Shown here: piece by piece, positions 1 through 10,223 of the stretch
How positions within the stretch are numbered: position 1 is the first letter of the stretch
Layout: each line of letters opens with the position of its first letter
From: an uncultured delta proteobacterium
GTDB lineage: Bacteria > Desulfobacterota > Desulfobacteria > Desulfobacterales > Desulfosalsimonadaceae
Reading direction: 5' to 3'
Assembly (NCBI GenBank): GCA_963826785.1
Contig: CAWGYD010000002.1
Location: forward strand, 22,102-86,101
DNA: 64,000 bases
Translations under genes and position numbers: made by a program
Notes under the pieces: generated by a model
What the model saw: the letters and a program-made list of their open reading frames with translations, nothing else
What the model was told of the DNA's origin: nothing
Database searches by the model: none

Positions 1-2
1 AC

Positions 3-1271
3 GTGGTTTCGCCCGCTGATTTCTACCGAACCGCCCATCAGAAGATTTTTGAAGGGATCACCGAACTGTTTCAGCGGGGAGACCCGGTGGACCTGGTGAC
101 GCTGGCGGATTTCCTCCAAGGCAAAAAACTGATAGAAGAAATCGGCGGCGCGGTTTACCTGGCCAAACTGGTGGATACCGCTCCGGTGCCCTCCAATGCC
201 CGCTTTTATGCCCGGATCATCCGGGACAAGGCTTCGCTGCGGCGGTTGATTGCCGCGGCCAATCAGATCACCACCCGCTGTTTCGACCATTCCGCGCAAG
301 TGGATGATATCATCGATTATGCGGAGAAAACCATCTTCGAAGTCGCCGAAAACAAGACGCGCAATACGATCTCACCCATCAGTGAATTGATCGACAGCAA
401 TATCGACACACTCATCGAGCGGCAGGGAAATAAGACACTGATCAGCGGTGTGCCCACCGGTTTCACCAAGGTCGATACCATGACATCGGGATTTCAGGGG
501 TCGGACCTGATCATCCTGGCAGCCCGCCCGGGTATGGGCAAAACCGCTTTTTCCCTGAATGTCGCACGAAACGCCGCAGTAAATGCCGGCGTACCGGTGG
601 TCTTTTTTTCCCTGGAAATGTCCAAGGAACAGCTATCCATGCGTCTGCTGTGCGCCGATGCCCGCCTGGATTTCTCCAAGCTGCGGGACGGAAGATTCGA
701 TGAAGAACAATGGGAAAAGCTGACCCAGGCGGCCAGCACGTTGTCCAATGCCCCTATTTTTATCGATGATTCTGCAGAACTGACGTCGCTCGACATCAAA
801 ACCAAATGCCGGCGTCTTAAAATGGAAAAGGATATCGGCCTGGTGATCATCGACTATATTCAGCTGATGAAACCCCGGATTCACATGGAGCGGCGCGATC
901 TGGAAATTTCCGAAATTTCAAGATCGCTCAAATCCCTGGCCAAGGAACTCCATATTCCGATTATCGGACTTTCCCAGCTCAACCGGATGCTCGAATCCAG
1001 AAGCGATAAACGCCCGCAGTTGTCCGATCTCCGGGAATCGGGTGCTCTTGAACAGGACGCGGATCTGGTTATGTTTATATACAGGGACGAAATCTACAAC
1101 AAAGAGGAGAACAACCCCAAAAAAGGGATCGCGGAAATCCATCTGGCCAAACAGCGTAATGGTCCCGTGGGCATGCAGGAACTGATGTTTTTAAACCAGT
1201 ACACCCGATTCGAGAATATGGCTTTTGGCTTCGATACCTTTCCCGCTGAGCCTGAAGGCAGCATTCACTGA
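3..1271 (+). CDS. dnaB: Replicative DNA helicase (5' end probably truncated by window edge)
   Basis: Walker A AARPGMGKT, FFSLEMS, IIDYIQLM, LSQLNR, SDLRESGALEQDAD, KQRNGP motifs. Confidence 0.97.
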   Translation: MVSPADFYRTAHQKIFEGITELFQRGDPVDLVTLADFLQGKKLIEEIGGAVYLAKLVDTAPVPSNARFYARIIRDKASLRRLIAAANQITTRCFDHSAQVDDIIDYAEKTIFEVAENKTRNTISPISELIDSNIDTLIERQGNKTLISGVPTGFTKVDTMTSGFQGSDLIILAARPGMGKTAFSLNVARNAAVNAGVPVVFFSLEMSKEQLSMRLLCADARLDFSKLRDGRFDEEQWEKLTQAASTLSNAPIFIDDSAELTSLDIKTKCRRLKMEKDIGLVIIDYIQLMKPRIHMERRDLEISEISRSLKSLAKELHIPIIGLSQLNRMLESRSDKRPQLSDLRESGALEQDADLVMFIYRDEIYNKEENNPKKGIAEIHLAKQRNGPVGMQELMFLNQYTRFENMAFGFDTFPAEPEGSIH

Positions 1272-1418
1272 TCGGGGATAAAGCCCCCATCGACTGCGTT
1301 GGGGGCATGAAAACCTTTGGGGTCTTTTTGCAGCTAAAGAAGCGCGCTTAACCTGTCCTTGCTTCCTTTAAATTTTGCGATCCATTATTTTGTGATCCTT
1401 TGGGGATCTTAGACATAA

Positions 1419-3110
1419 ATGAAAAAAATCTACGGCAACCTGATCGGGCTCAAAGCCGGCCAGGTTAAACATCTTGAAAATCTGAGCAACCACCGCGTTC
1501 CGCCGGAGCGCATCATCTCGCCCCGGCTGATCGGACAGATGAGCGAACTTTCGCATGAAATCCGGCGGCAGGTCGGACTGCTGATCAACCGCTCGGGGAA
1601 AGTCGTTTCCGTCCTGGTGGGGGATCCCAACGGCATTCTGCTTCCGGATACCAGCGAATACAAAACCCCGCCTGGCCGGCTCAAAGGGTTGCGGTATATC
1701 CACACCCATCTAAAAGACGAAAAGCTCTCCCGTGAAGACCTGACCGACCTGACCCTGCTTCGTCTGGACCTGATCGCCGCGGTAACCCTGACATCTGCGG
1801 GTCTGCCTTTTCAGGTCCACGTGGGCAGCATTTTGCCCAATCCGACGGATAAAACGCCTTATCAACTTCATCCTCCCGAAGATCCCGAGAGGCTGGATAT
1901 CAACTGTATAGAACTCATCCGGGCAATTGAATCCGAAATGTCGAGGATCAGTGCCGCCCATGAAGTCGCCTCGGGTGTGGAAAAGGCGATCCTCATCAGC
2001 GTGACCGCACTGGCCCGTCACAAGGCGGAAGCCTCCCTGGAAGAACTGAAGGAACTGGCCCGCTCCTGCGGCATCTATGTTCTGGATTCTGTTATCCAGC
2101 ATCGCCGCCAGTCAGACTCGCGGTTCCTCATGGGCCGCGGCAAGGTGGAAGAGCTTTCCATCATGGCCATGCAGGAAGGGGCCTCCCTGATTATCTTCGA
2201 CCAGGAGCTCAACCCGTCACAGATTCGCTCCATCACCGACACCATCGACCTGAAGGTGATCGACCGGACCCAGCTGATTTTAGACATCTTTGCCCAGCGC
2301 GCCCAGACCCGGGAAGGAAAGCTGCAGGTGGAATTTGCACAGCTAAAATACATGCTTCCGCGACTGGTCACCAAAAACACGGCCATGTCCCGGCTGACCG
2401 GCGGTATTGGTGGGCGCGGCCCCGGGGAAACCAAGCTTGAGATCAACCGCCGCCGCATCCGGGACCGGATCACCCGCATTGAAAAGGAACTCAAAAGCGT
2501 TCGAAAACAGCGCCAGCTCCAAAAATCAAGGCGGGAAAAGAAGGGGCTGCCGGTGATTTCCATTATCGGCTATACCAATGCCGGCAAATCCACCCTGCTC
2601 AACACTTTGACGAAAAGCGATGTTCTTGCGGAAAACCGGCTTTTCGCCACCCTGGATCCATCCAGCAAGCGCATGCGGTTTCCCCGGGACACCGAGGTGA
2701 TCATCACCGACACCGTGGGGTTTATCAAGGATCTGCCCAGGGAACTCCGGGTGGCCTTTCAGGCGACACTGGAGGAGCTGGAAAGTGCCGATCTCCTGAT
2801 CCATGTCATCGATGCGGCCAATCCCGACTGCCGGGCGCACATGGAATCGGTGGACCGGATTCTGGAAGACCTCAGCCTCAATCGGATTTCACGCTTGAAT
2901 GTGCTGAACAAGCAGGACCTGACCGATCCGGATACCCTGGCTGCCCTGATCAGAGAAACCGGCGGCATCCCTGTTTCCGCAAGACGGGCGGATACCATTG
3001 CGCCGCTCATCGATGCCATGGAGCAGATGATCGGCCAGCCGTTTGCAGATCCCGCCGGATCATTTTCACCCCGGCCCGAAACTGCCTCCGGTCCGGCAAT
3101 AATCTGTTGA
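1419..3110 (+). CDS. hflX: Ribosome-splitting GTPase HflX, long N-terminal form
   Basis: DRTQLILDIFAQRA, GGIGGRGPGETKLE, GYTNAGKSTL, LFATLD, DTVGF, NKQD. Confidence 0.96.
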   Translation: MKKIYGNLIGLKAGQVKHLENLSNHRVPPERIISPRLIGQMSELSHEIRRQVGLLINRSGKVVSVLVGDPNGILLPDTSEYKTPPGRLKGLRYIHTHLKDEKLSREDLTDLTLLRLDLIAAVTLTSAGLPFQVHVGSILPNPTDKTPYQLHPPEDPERLDINCIELIRAIESEMSRISAAHEVASGVEKAILISVTALARHKAEASLEELKELARSCGIYVLDSVIQHRRQSDSRFLMGRGKVEELSIMAMQEGASLIIFDQELNPSQIRSITDTIDLKVIDRTQLILDIFAQRAQTREGKLQVEFAQLKYMLPRLVTKNTAMSRLTGGIGGRGPGETKLEINRRRIRDRITRIEKELKSVRKQRQLQKSRREKKGLPVISIIGYTNAGKSTLLNTLTKSDVLAENRLFATLDPSSKRMRFPRDTEVIITDTVGFIKDLPRELRVAFQATLEELESADLLIHVIDAANPDCRAHMESVDRILEDLSLNRISRLNVLNKQDLTDPDTLAALIRETGGIPVSARRADTIAPLIDAMEQMIGQPFADPAGSFSPRPETASGPAIIC

Positions 3111-3143
3111 CGTGAACAGATCATTTGGGTACGGTGCTGGCAT

Positions 3144-3932
3144 ATGGATTTAAATCACGTGAAAAACGTCGGGATTGGTGCGGCATACAAAGGCGCAAAA
3201 ATCCTGACTCATTATTTCGGGAACCTGCCAGAAATCCGGAAAAAAGGCCCCGATGACCTGGTTACCCGGGCCGATATCGAATCCGAAAAAATGATCATCG
3301 ATACCATTCGCGCTGCCTACCCCGAACACGCCTTCATGGCCGAGGAAAGCGGGAACAGCAGTGCGGTATCCTCATGCCGCTGGATTATCGATCCTTTGGA
3401 CGGCACCACCAACTTTGCGCACGAGATTCCGATTTTTGCCGTTTCCATCGCGTTTGCCATAGACGATGTGCTGACCGTGGGCATTGTCTTAAACCCGGTT
3501 TCCGGCGAACTGTTCACCGCGGTCCGGGAAAAGGGAGCCGAACTAAATGGCCATCCCATCCGGGTTTCCGCACAGACCCGATTATCCGACAGCCTTCTGG
3601 TCACCGGCTTTCCCTATGATGCCAAAGCCTGCACCGATCCGCTGATGACCCGATTCGAAAGGTGCCTTTCCGCGGCCCAGGGGGTGCGGCGGCTGGGCTC
3701 TGCGGCCATTGATCTGTGCTATGTGGCCTGCGGGCGGTTTGAAGGCTTCTGGGAGGAAGGATTAAAGCCCTGGGACACGGCGGCCGGTGCGCTTATTGCG
3801 CGGGAAGCCGGGGGATCGGTAACCAATTTTTCGGGAAGCCATTACGGAATCATGGACAAGGAACTGCTGGCCACCAACGGTCACATTCATAAAGACGTCT
3901 TATCATTACTGGAGATTGAGAATTTATTATGA
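3144..3932 (+). CDS. suhB: Inositol monophosphatase family protein
   Basis: WIIDPLDGTTNFAH, RRLGSAAIDLCYVACG, WDTAAG. Confidence 0.92.
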   Translation: MDLNHVKNVGIGAAYKGAKILTHYFGNLPEIRKKGPDDLVTRADIESEKMIIDTIRAAYPEHAFMAEESGNSSAVSSCRWIIDPLDGTTNFAHEIPIFAVSIAFAIDDVLTVGIVLNPVSGELFTAVREKGAELNGHPIRVSAQTRLSDSLLVTGFPYDAKACTDPLMTRFERCLSAAQGVRRLGSAAIDLCYVACGRFEGFWEEGLKPWDTAAGALIAREAGGSVTNFSGSHYGIMDKELLATNGHIHKDVLSLLEIENLL

Positions 3933-4132
3933 AGGACCTGCTGCTGAGAGTCAAAAACCGGTTTGCGACCAAGTACGTGGAATGCTTCGGCGATTTCTGC
4001 CTTTCGGATACCGTTTGCCGAAAACATTGCGCCCTGCGCCTGCAGTGTGCCATCGAGCAAAATGAGCAAGTCGGAATTGAGCAGCTTGAAGACCTGTTTA
4101 CTTTCCAGGAGATGTCCTTAAAAATCCAATAA
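3929..4132 (+). CDS. Small Cys-rich hypothetical protein (67 aa)
   Basis: ATGA overlap with suhB stop; GGAG upstream; CFGDFC-x5-C-x3-C-x5-C. Confidence 0.7.
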   Translation: MKDLLLRVKNRFATKYVECFGDFCLSDTVCRKHCALRLQCAIEQNEQVGIEQLEDLFTFQEMSLKIQ

Positions 4133-4136
4133 TGAA

Positions 4137-5513
4137 TTACAACCGCATCTTACCCGGGTTTAAAATCCCGGCGGGATCAAACGCCTTCTTGATGCGCTTC
4201 ATCAGATCAAGCGCATCTTTATGGATTTCCCTGGACATGTAGTCGGATTTGCTGATGCCCACGCCGTGCTCCCCGGAGATCGTCCCGCCCAGTTCAAGGG
4301 TATAATCGAATATATCCGACACCGCCCGGTCCGCCTTTTCTTTCTGGGCAGCCTCTTTTTTATCCAGCATGATGTTGAAATGAATGTTGCCGTCGCCGGC
4401 ATGGCCGAAACTCACCATGGTCAGCCCGGTCTCGGCGCTTAACCGCCGGATCCTTTTTACCATGTCCGGTATACGGCTTCGGGGGACCACGATGTCCTCA
4501 TTGATCTTGTCCGGCCCGTACTTGAACAAAGCCGGGGACACCGCCTTTCTGGCTTTCCAGATCAGGGCCGCTTCCTGCTCGGTTTTGGCGATGCGAAATT
4601 CCCGGGCGCCAGAATCCCGGCAAAGCGCTTCGATGCGCTCAAGGGAATGGCGCACTTCCTGTTCGCCGCCATCCACCTCGATGATAAGCATGGCTTGTGC
4701 TGAAACAGGCAGCCCGGCTTTAAGATATTCTTCCACGCAGATAATAGAGGCCTGATCCATGAACTCAATGGTGGCGGGAATGATTCCCTGGCGCACGATT
4801 TCCGATACGGTGGATGCGGCGGCTTCCATCTGGTCATAGATCACCGTCAGTGTACGGGTAAGGGCGGGCTTTGGCAGCAGACGCACGGTAAGACGGGTGA
4901 TGACCCCCAGCGTCCCTTCCGAACCGACCATCAGCCGGGTCAGGTCATATCCGACGACGCCCTTTACGGTCTGTGTCCCCGTTTTGATGATCTCACCGGC
5001 GGGAAGCACGATCTCCAGGCCCAGCACGTAATCCCGGGTGACTCCGTACTTGACCGCCCGGGGGCCTCCTGCGCACTCCGCGGCATTTCCCCCCAGGGTC
5101 GAAAATTCGGCGGAGGATGGATCCGGCGGATAAAACAGGCCCTCGTGTTCCACCGCCCGGGCAAATGCACCCGTGGTCACCCCTGGCTCCACATGGGCCA
5201 CCAGGTTATCCCTGTCGATTTGAATGATTTGGTTAAACCGCGTCATGACCATGACCACCCCGCCGCTGACGGGCACGGAACCGCCCGTCATGCCCGACCC
5301 TGCACCCCGGGGGGTCACATAAAATCCTTCCTGGGTGGCCAGTTTCAAAATGGCGGCGACTTCTTCACGGTTGGCCGGGAATACCACGGCGTCGGGCAAA
5401 AACCGGTGGGCGGTGGCATCATAGGCATAGCAGACCCGATCTTCCATTGCGTAAAGACAGTGGTCTTTTCCCACGATCTGCCGAAGCTTTTTGTAGATGT
5501 CCGGTTTCAGCAT
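4137..5513 (-). CDS. glcD: FAD-linked oxidase, glycolate oxidase GlcD / D-lactate dehydrogenase family
   Basis: PRGAGSGMTGG, YPPDPSS, GSEGTLG, GHAGDGNIH, SGEHGVG, DPAGILNPGK. Confidence 0.88.
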   Translation of the reverse strand: MLKPDIYKKLRQIVGKDHCLYAMEDRVCYAYDATAHRFLPDAVVFPANREEVAAILKLATQEGFYVTPRGAGSGMTGGSVPVSGGVVMVMTRFNQIIQIDRDNLVAHVEPGVTTGAFARAVEHEGLFYPPDPSSAEFSTLGGNAAECAGGPRAVKYGVTRDYVLGLEIVLPAGEIIKTGTQTVKGVVGYDLTRLMVGSEGTLGVITRLTVRLLPKPALTRTLTVIYDQMEAAASTVSEIVRQGIIPATIEFMDQASIICVEEYLKAGLPVSAQAMLIIEVDGGEQEVRHSLERIEALCRDSGAREFRIAKTEQEAALIWKARKAVSPALFKYGPDKINEDIVVPRSRIPDMVKRIRRLSAETGLTMVSFGHAGDGNIHFNIMLDKKEAAQKEKADRAVSDIFDYTLELGGTISGEHGVGISKSDYMSREIHKDALDLMKRIKKAFDPAGILNPGKMRL

Positions 5514-5531
5514 GCACCTGCCTACGGATTA

Positions 5532-6896
5532 TCAATTTTTGGGTGCGTTGAGTTTTTTCTCTATCAGGTCCACCTGCCGCGACACATCGCTTTTGAGCTT
5601 CATCTCCTTTTGCACCACATTGATGGAATGAATGACCGTGGCGTGATAGCGGTTGAAACTCCGCCCGATGGCTTCGATGGGATGGTCGGTATGCCTGCGC
5701 GCCAGAAAAATAGCAATCTGACGGGGCCTGACAATGGACTGTTTCCGGGACTTGGAAACCATGTCTTTTATGGAAATGCCGAATTCATTGCATACCGTCT
5801 TTTTGATATCCTCCACGGTTATTTTATAATGCTTCAGCACAATATTCTTGGCCACGCTTTCAGCCAGTGACAAATCTATGGGATGACCCATCAGGGAGGA
5901 TTTCATGATGACCCCGGTTAATCCGCTTTCCAGCTGCCGGACGCTCTGGGTCAATTCACCGGCCAGATATTCGATCACCTCGACGGGGATGGCCATGGCT
6001 TTTTCCCGGGCCTTGTTCTGCAGAATCTTGACGCGCGTCTTGAAATCCGGGGCATCGATTTCGGAAACCAGGCTGAGCGAAATACGGGATTTTAGCTGTT
6101 CGCTCAGCTTGGGAATTTCACCTAAAGGCATACAGCTGGAGTAAATGATTTTCTTTCCGGAATCATAGAGGTAGTCGAGTGTGAGGGCCAGTTCTTCCTG
6201 GGTCCGGGTCTTGCCGGACAGCATATGGATATCCTCCATGAGCAGTACGTCGCAAAACCGGCGATATTTGCTTTTGAAGGAGTCAATGGCATTTTTCTTA
6301 TACGCCTCCACCATTTCATTGGTGAAATCCTCTGCAGTGACATAAAAAACCTGCTGGCCCGGGTATGAGGCCAGTATCTGGTGACCGGCCGCCTGGGAGA
6401 GATGGCTTTTCCCCATTCCCGCAGGGGAGAGCAGAAACAGCGCGTTCTGCGACGGTTTTTTCTGAGAGGCGAGTGAAAGCGCGGCCATGTAGGCAAAATC
6501 GCAATTCTTGCCCACCACGAAACGGTCGAAGGTGAAATCCCGGCGCAGCACCCGACCGTACTTAGGCCGGTTGCCCATATTGGGCAACGGGAGCTGACGG
6601 GGCTTCTGCCGCTCACAAGATAATGGTTCCGCCCCCGCATGTTGGCTGTTTTCGGCTTTTACAGGCACTTCCAGTATGAAATTCAATTTTGAATTTGCCG
6701 CCTGGCAAAGTTCGGACCTGATCAGTATTCCGAAATTTTCGATGATCCGCTTCTTTAAGAAATGATTCGGACAGACCAGCACGATGTTTTCTCCCGCCGG
6801 TTTCAAGAACTGGATCGGCTCGATCCATCTTTGAAACATGTGCGCGGGGATCCGTTCCTTGAGAGTTTCTTTTACGCGGTGCCATACGTTTTCCAT
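5532..6896 (-). CDS. dnaA: Chromosomal replication initiator DnaA family protein (divergent, possibly a second paralog)
   Basis: Domain I W..V...LK, FTFDRFVVG, Walker A SPAGMGKSHL, YVTAEDF, VRQLESG, domain IV PRQIAIFLAR...IGRSFNRYHATVIHS. Confidence 0.88.
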   Translation of the reverse strand: MENVWHRVKETLKERIPAHMFQRWIEPIQFLKPAGENIVLVCPNHFLKKRIIENFGILIRSELCQAANSKLNFILEVPVKAENSQHAGAEPLSCERQKPRQLPLPNMGNRPKYGRVLRRDFTFDRFVVGKNCDFAYMAALSLASQKKPSQNALFLLSPAGMGKSHLSQAAGHQILASYPGQQVFYVTAEDFTNEMVEAYKKNAIDSFKSKYRRFCDVLLMEDIHMLSGKTRTQEELALTLDYLYDSGKKIIYSSCMPLGEIPKLSEQLKSRISLSLVSEIDAPDFKTRVKILQNKAREKAMAIPVEVIEYLAGELTQSVRQLESGLTGVIMKSSLMGHPIDLSLAESVAKNIVLKHYKITVEDIKKTVCNEFGISIKDMVSKSRKQSIVRPRQIAIFLARRHTDHPIEAIGRSFNRYHATVIHSINVVQKEMKLKSDVSRQVDLIEKKLNAPKN

Positions 6897-7090
6897 AGTG
6901 AATCAGTTCCTTGTCATCAAAAAAAGGTCAACCACGGGCCGTTCAAAATATCCAAATACTACTTGTTGCTGTATATAAAATCAGTTAAAAAGATGCGGAG
7001 GATCAAAGAATCCGAAAACGGAAGGGTGTTACATCGGGTGTAAAAGAACGTTGTTTCCTGCTGATAACTCTCAGCCGTCAATTGACTCCT

Positions 7091-7119
7091 CTTATAAGGG
7101 ATATACCGCGCTCCGTCAA
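7091..7119 (-). promoter_or_regulatory. Putative sigma-70 promoter for dnaA
   Basis: Minus strand TTGACG-N17-TATAAG about 195 bp upstream of the start. Confidence 0.45.
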
Positions 7120-7392
7120 CTCTGATCACAAGCGCTCGCATCCCCTTGAGCGGCAAATTATAAACATTGTATATTCATATGATTCTAAACATGTTAGACA
7201 TCGGGTTAGTACAACTATTCAGAACTTCAGACAATTTATCAAAATCCGCTTTTATGTAGAAAAAATGAGCCGCTTGAGTTGAATTGACGGTTTCACTGGC
7301 CGGTCCGCCAAACTTTCGATCTTTCATTTGCTCTTTTTTTTGTCAATTTTTAAAAAAAATTGCGGATAAAGCGACAATTCGGTGACGCTCCT

Positions 7393-7420
7393 TTGACGGC
7401 ATGATTTTATTTGTTACCAT
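7393..7420 (+). promoter_or_regulatory. Putative sigma-70 promoter for namZ
   Basis: TTGACG-N16-TACCAT; GGAGGT RBS at about 7491. Confidence 0.4.
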
Positions 7421-7508
7421 TTCAGTTGATTGCGGTTTACACCGGTGAAAGCCGTTCATCTGCTCGGTTAAATTCACACCCACGCCTTCTGGAGGTAAAT
7501 ATTATCGT

Positions 7509-8684
7509 ATGACACACGTGATCACGGGACTTGAGCAATTGATCCGGATGCGCCCCGGGCGCCTGTCCGGCAAACGACTGGGCCTTCTGTGCAACCCGGC
7601 TTCCGTTGACCGAACCTTTCGGCATGCGAAAGAACTCATCAGCGAACATTTTCCGGGGCAGCTTTGCGCCCTGTATTCCCCGCAGCACGGATTTTTCGCC
7701 GAAAAGCAGGATAACATGGTCGAATCGGACGATTTTATGGATCCGCGCCTGAAAATCCCCATTTTCAGCCTGTACGGAACGTCACGCGTACCCACGCAAA
7801 AAATGCTGGACCCCATTGACGTGCTGCTCATTGATCTCCAGGATGCCGGAACCCGGGTATACACCTTCACCTCAACGGTTTCATACTGCATGGAAGCCGC
7901 CGCACAAGCAGGAATTGCCGTCATCATCCTGGACCGTCCCAATCCGGTCAGCGGGCATCAGGCGGAAGGCAACCTGCTCAACCCCGATTTTGCATCCTTT
8001 GTGGGCCGCTATCCCATACCCATGCGCCACGGCTTGACCATGGGTGAGTTCGCCCTGTATATCAACCAAACCCATAATATCGGCTGCGACCTGGAGGTAG
8101 TGCCCATGGCGGGATGGGAACGGAAGATGTATTTCAACCATACCGGCCTGCCCTGGGTGCCGCCGTCGCCCAACCTGCCCGCAGTATCTTCGGCCGTGGT
8201 CTATCCCGGCCAGGTCATCTGGGAAGGGACCTGCATTTCAGAAGGGAGGGGAACGACGCTTCCCTTCGAGATGTTCGGCGCCCCATTTATGGATATTGAA
8301 AAGATCCTGACCTCCTTCGGCGGCACCCGTTTTCCAGGCGGGGTGCTGCGGCCCATCATTTTCGAACCCACCTTCCACAAATACGCAGGGCAGTCGTGCC
8401 ATGGATTTCAGCTGCATATCACCGACGTGTACCAGTTCTCGCCCTATGCGACATCCCTTCGGCTGCTTGAGGCCATTTTCAAACACCATCCAGACCGTTT
8501 TGAATGGAAATCGCCGCCCTATGAATATGAATGGGATAAAAATCCATTTGACCTGATCACCGGCGATGACCGGATCCGGATCCGCATGGAAGACGGAGAA
8601 CCCTTCGAATCCATTGAAGCGGACTGGCGCGGACCACTAAATGATTATATCCAGATGAGTCAGAAATTTTATCTTTATTCATAG
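7509..8684 (+). CDS. namZ: Exo-beta-N-acetylmuramidase NamZ / YbbC (DUF1343) family
   Basis: GLLCNPAS, SPQHG, SLYG, DLQDAGTRVYT, LDRPNP, RHGLTMGE, WVPPSPN, SEGRGT. Confidence 0.88.
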   Translation: MTHVITGLEQLIRMRPGRLSGKRLGLLCNPASVDRTFRHAKELISEHFPGQLCALYSPQHGFFAEKQDNMVESDDFMDPRLKIPIFSLYGTSRVPTQKMLDPIDVLLIDLQDAGTRVYTFTSTVSYCMEAAAQAGIAVIILDRPNPVSGHQAEGNLLNPDFASFVGRYPIPMRHGLTMGEFALYINQTHNIGCDLEVVPMAGWERKMYFNHTGLPWVPPSPNLPAVSSAVVYPGQVIWEGTCISEGRGTTLPFEMFGAPFMDIEKILTSFGGTRFPGGVLRPIIFEPTFHKYAGQSCHGFQLHITDVYQFSPYATSLRLLEAIFKHHPDRFEWKSPPYEYEWDKNPFDLITGDDRIRIRMEDGEPFESIEADWRGPLNDYIQMSQKFYLYS

Positions 8685-8702
8685 AAGGCCGGGGGAAACG
8701 AT

Positions 8703-9383
8703 TTGAACCCAGAAGCCCGCGACTGGATCCGGAAGATGTTTAAGAAAAACAAGGTGTGGATGGCTGTAGACGAACAGGGGCAACCGCTGGTCCGCAGCGG
8801 GCGGGTGCTGATCAAATACCAGCGGGATCAGGATTACGAATACTGGATCGATCCCGCGCAAATTAAGGAGATTCCCGCCGGGAGCGAAACGTCTGTTCAA
8901 AAACCGCGTAAAAGGAAAGCGGCCGGGGAAAAAACGGTGGAGCCGCGGCTGGAGCCGGATCATCCCGAAAACACCATCATCATTTATACAGATGGCGCTT
9001 CCTCCGGAAATCCCGGGCCTGCCGGCATTGGCATCGTAATGCGCTACGGGGCGCATGAACGCGAAATCTCAAAGTATATCGGGGAAGCCACAAATAACGT
9101 GGCTGAACTGGAAGCGGTGAGAACCGCTCTTGCCGAACTCAAGCGGACCGATCTGCCGGTGTGGATTTATACCGATTCCACCTATGTTCAGGGACTGCTG
9201 ATTTCCGGATGGAAAGCACAAAAAAACAAACCCCTGATCGATTCGATCCGCAAATTATGTGCGGCCTTCAGCGATCTTCACATCATCAAGGTCAAGGGGC
9301 ACAGCGGCGTTTCGGAAAATGAGCGGGCGGACGAACTGGCCACTTCCGCCATTGATACGCACCTGAAGGGAGAAGGCCGATAA
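8703..9383 (+). CDS. rnhA: Ribonuclease HI with about 85-aa N-terminal extension
   Basis: YTDGASSGNPGPAG, TNNVAEL, TDSTYV, VKGHSG..NERADELA. Confidence 0.92.
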   Translation: MNPEARDWIRKMFKKNKVWMAVDEQGQPLVRSGRVLIKYQRDQDYEYWIDPAQIKEIPAGSETSVQKPRKRKAAGEKTVEPRLEPDHPENTIIIYTDGASSGNPGPAGIGIVMRYGAHEREISKYIGEATNNVAELEAVRTALAELKRTDLPVWIYTDSTYVQGLLISGWKAQKNKPLIDSIRKLCAAFSDLHIIKVKGHSGVSENERADELATSAIDTHLKGEGR

Positions 9384-9384
9384 A

Positions 9385-9423
9385 ACGAACACCCCCGTGA
9401 ATCATCTCCACGGGGGTGTTCGT
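9385..9423. terminator. Hairpin between convergent genes (likely bidirectional terminator)
   Basis: 15-bp perfect inverted repeat acgaacacccccgtg / cacgggggtgttcgt just after the rnhA stop. Confidence 0.65.
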
Positions 9424-9517
9424 ATATTTACAAAATCAAGAAAATCAATTCACATGCGGGATGCCCCGGCCCGGCACATTTCGACGAAGCAGGCGCAGCG
9501 ATCCCGCAGATGTTGAT

Positions 9518-9796
9518 TTATTTCTTTTCTTTGAGCGTTTCAATCTCTTTTTTCAGCTCATCATTTTCCCGCTTAAAACGATCCAAGTCGGTTTCCACGT
9601 CTCCTTCGGCAATGCCGCCTTCTTTCTGCCAGGTATCCTTGAGTTCGTCAAATCCCAGATAGAGCGCCAGGCAACCGCCGAGCAAAAGCATGATGGGGAG
9701 TGCACCCGCCAGAAGATGTAAAAACGCTTCAAACCAAATCGCCAATCCGATGACTCCGATAACCGCCGCTATTGCACCACCTATCAATGTCTTCAT
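9518..9796 (-). CDS. Small membrane protein with C-terminal coiled coil
   Basis: Two hydrophobic segments then a charged heptad tail; strong AGGAGGA RBS. Confidence 0.8.
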   Translation of the reverse strand: MKTLIGGAIAAVIGVIGLAIWFEAFLHLLAGALPIMLLLGGCLALYLGFDELKDTWQKEGGIAEGDVETDLDRFKRENDELKKEIETLKEKK

Positions 9797-10223
9797 AAAT
9801 CCGACTCCTCCTTTGAAATTAACAGTGAATATCTTCTATATTTTGATGTGTTTCTCTTTAATTCAGCCTGATGAATAATATTATTTTCTACCATAATCCT
9901 TTTAGTAAAGCAAGGCAAAATTTTTCCATTCCTATCCTTCAAGCGCATCTTTGCTGGCCTCGTAAAAGGGCATCCGCATTCTCGATACACATTTTTTGGG
10001 CAAAGAAATTTTTGCCAGTCGATTCCGGATCAGGCGATGCCGGATCAGGATGATCAAGGCGCCGGAGTTCACCGCAATTGCGCTTGCAAACATAGCGGCA
10101 AATTGATAATATTTTCGGATTGCCATCGCCGCCCTGATCCAAAGAGGGGGGACCGATCCGGTTTTTTAAGGATTTTGCCGGGAAAGCGGCGGCAAAAAGT
10201 GATGAACATGCGCACCATCGTGA

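Noticed and set aside
6897..7508. oriC next to dnaA
   Set aside because: Only one near-consensus DnaA box found, with no box cluster and no dnaN
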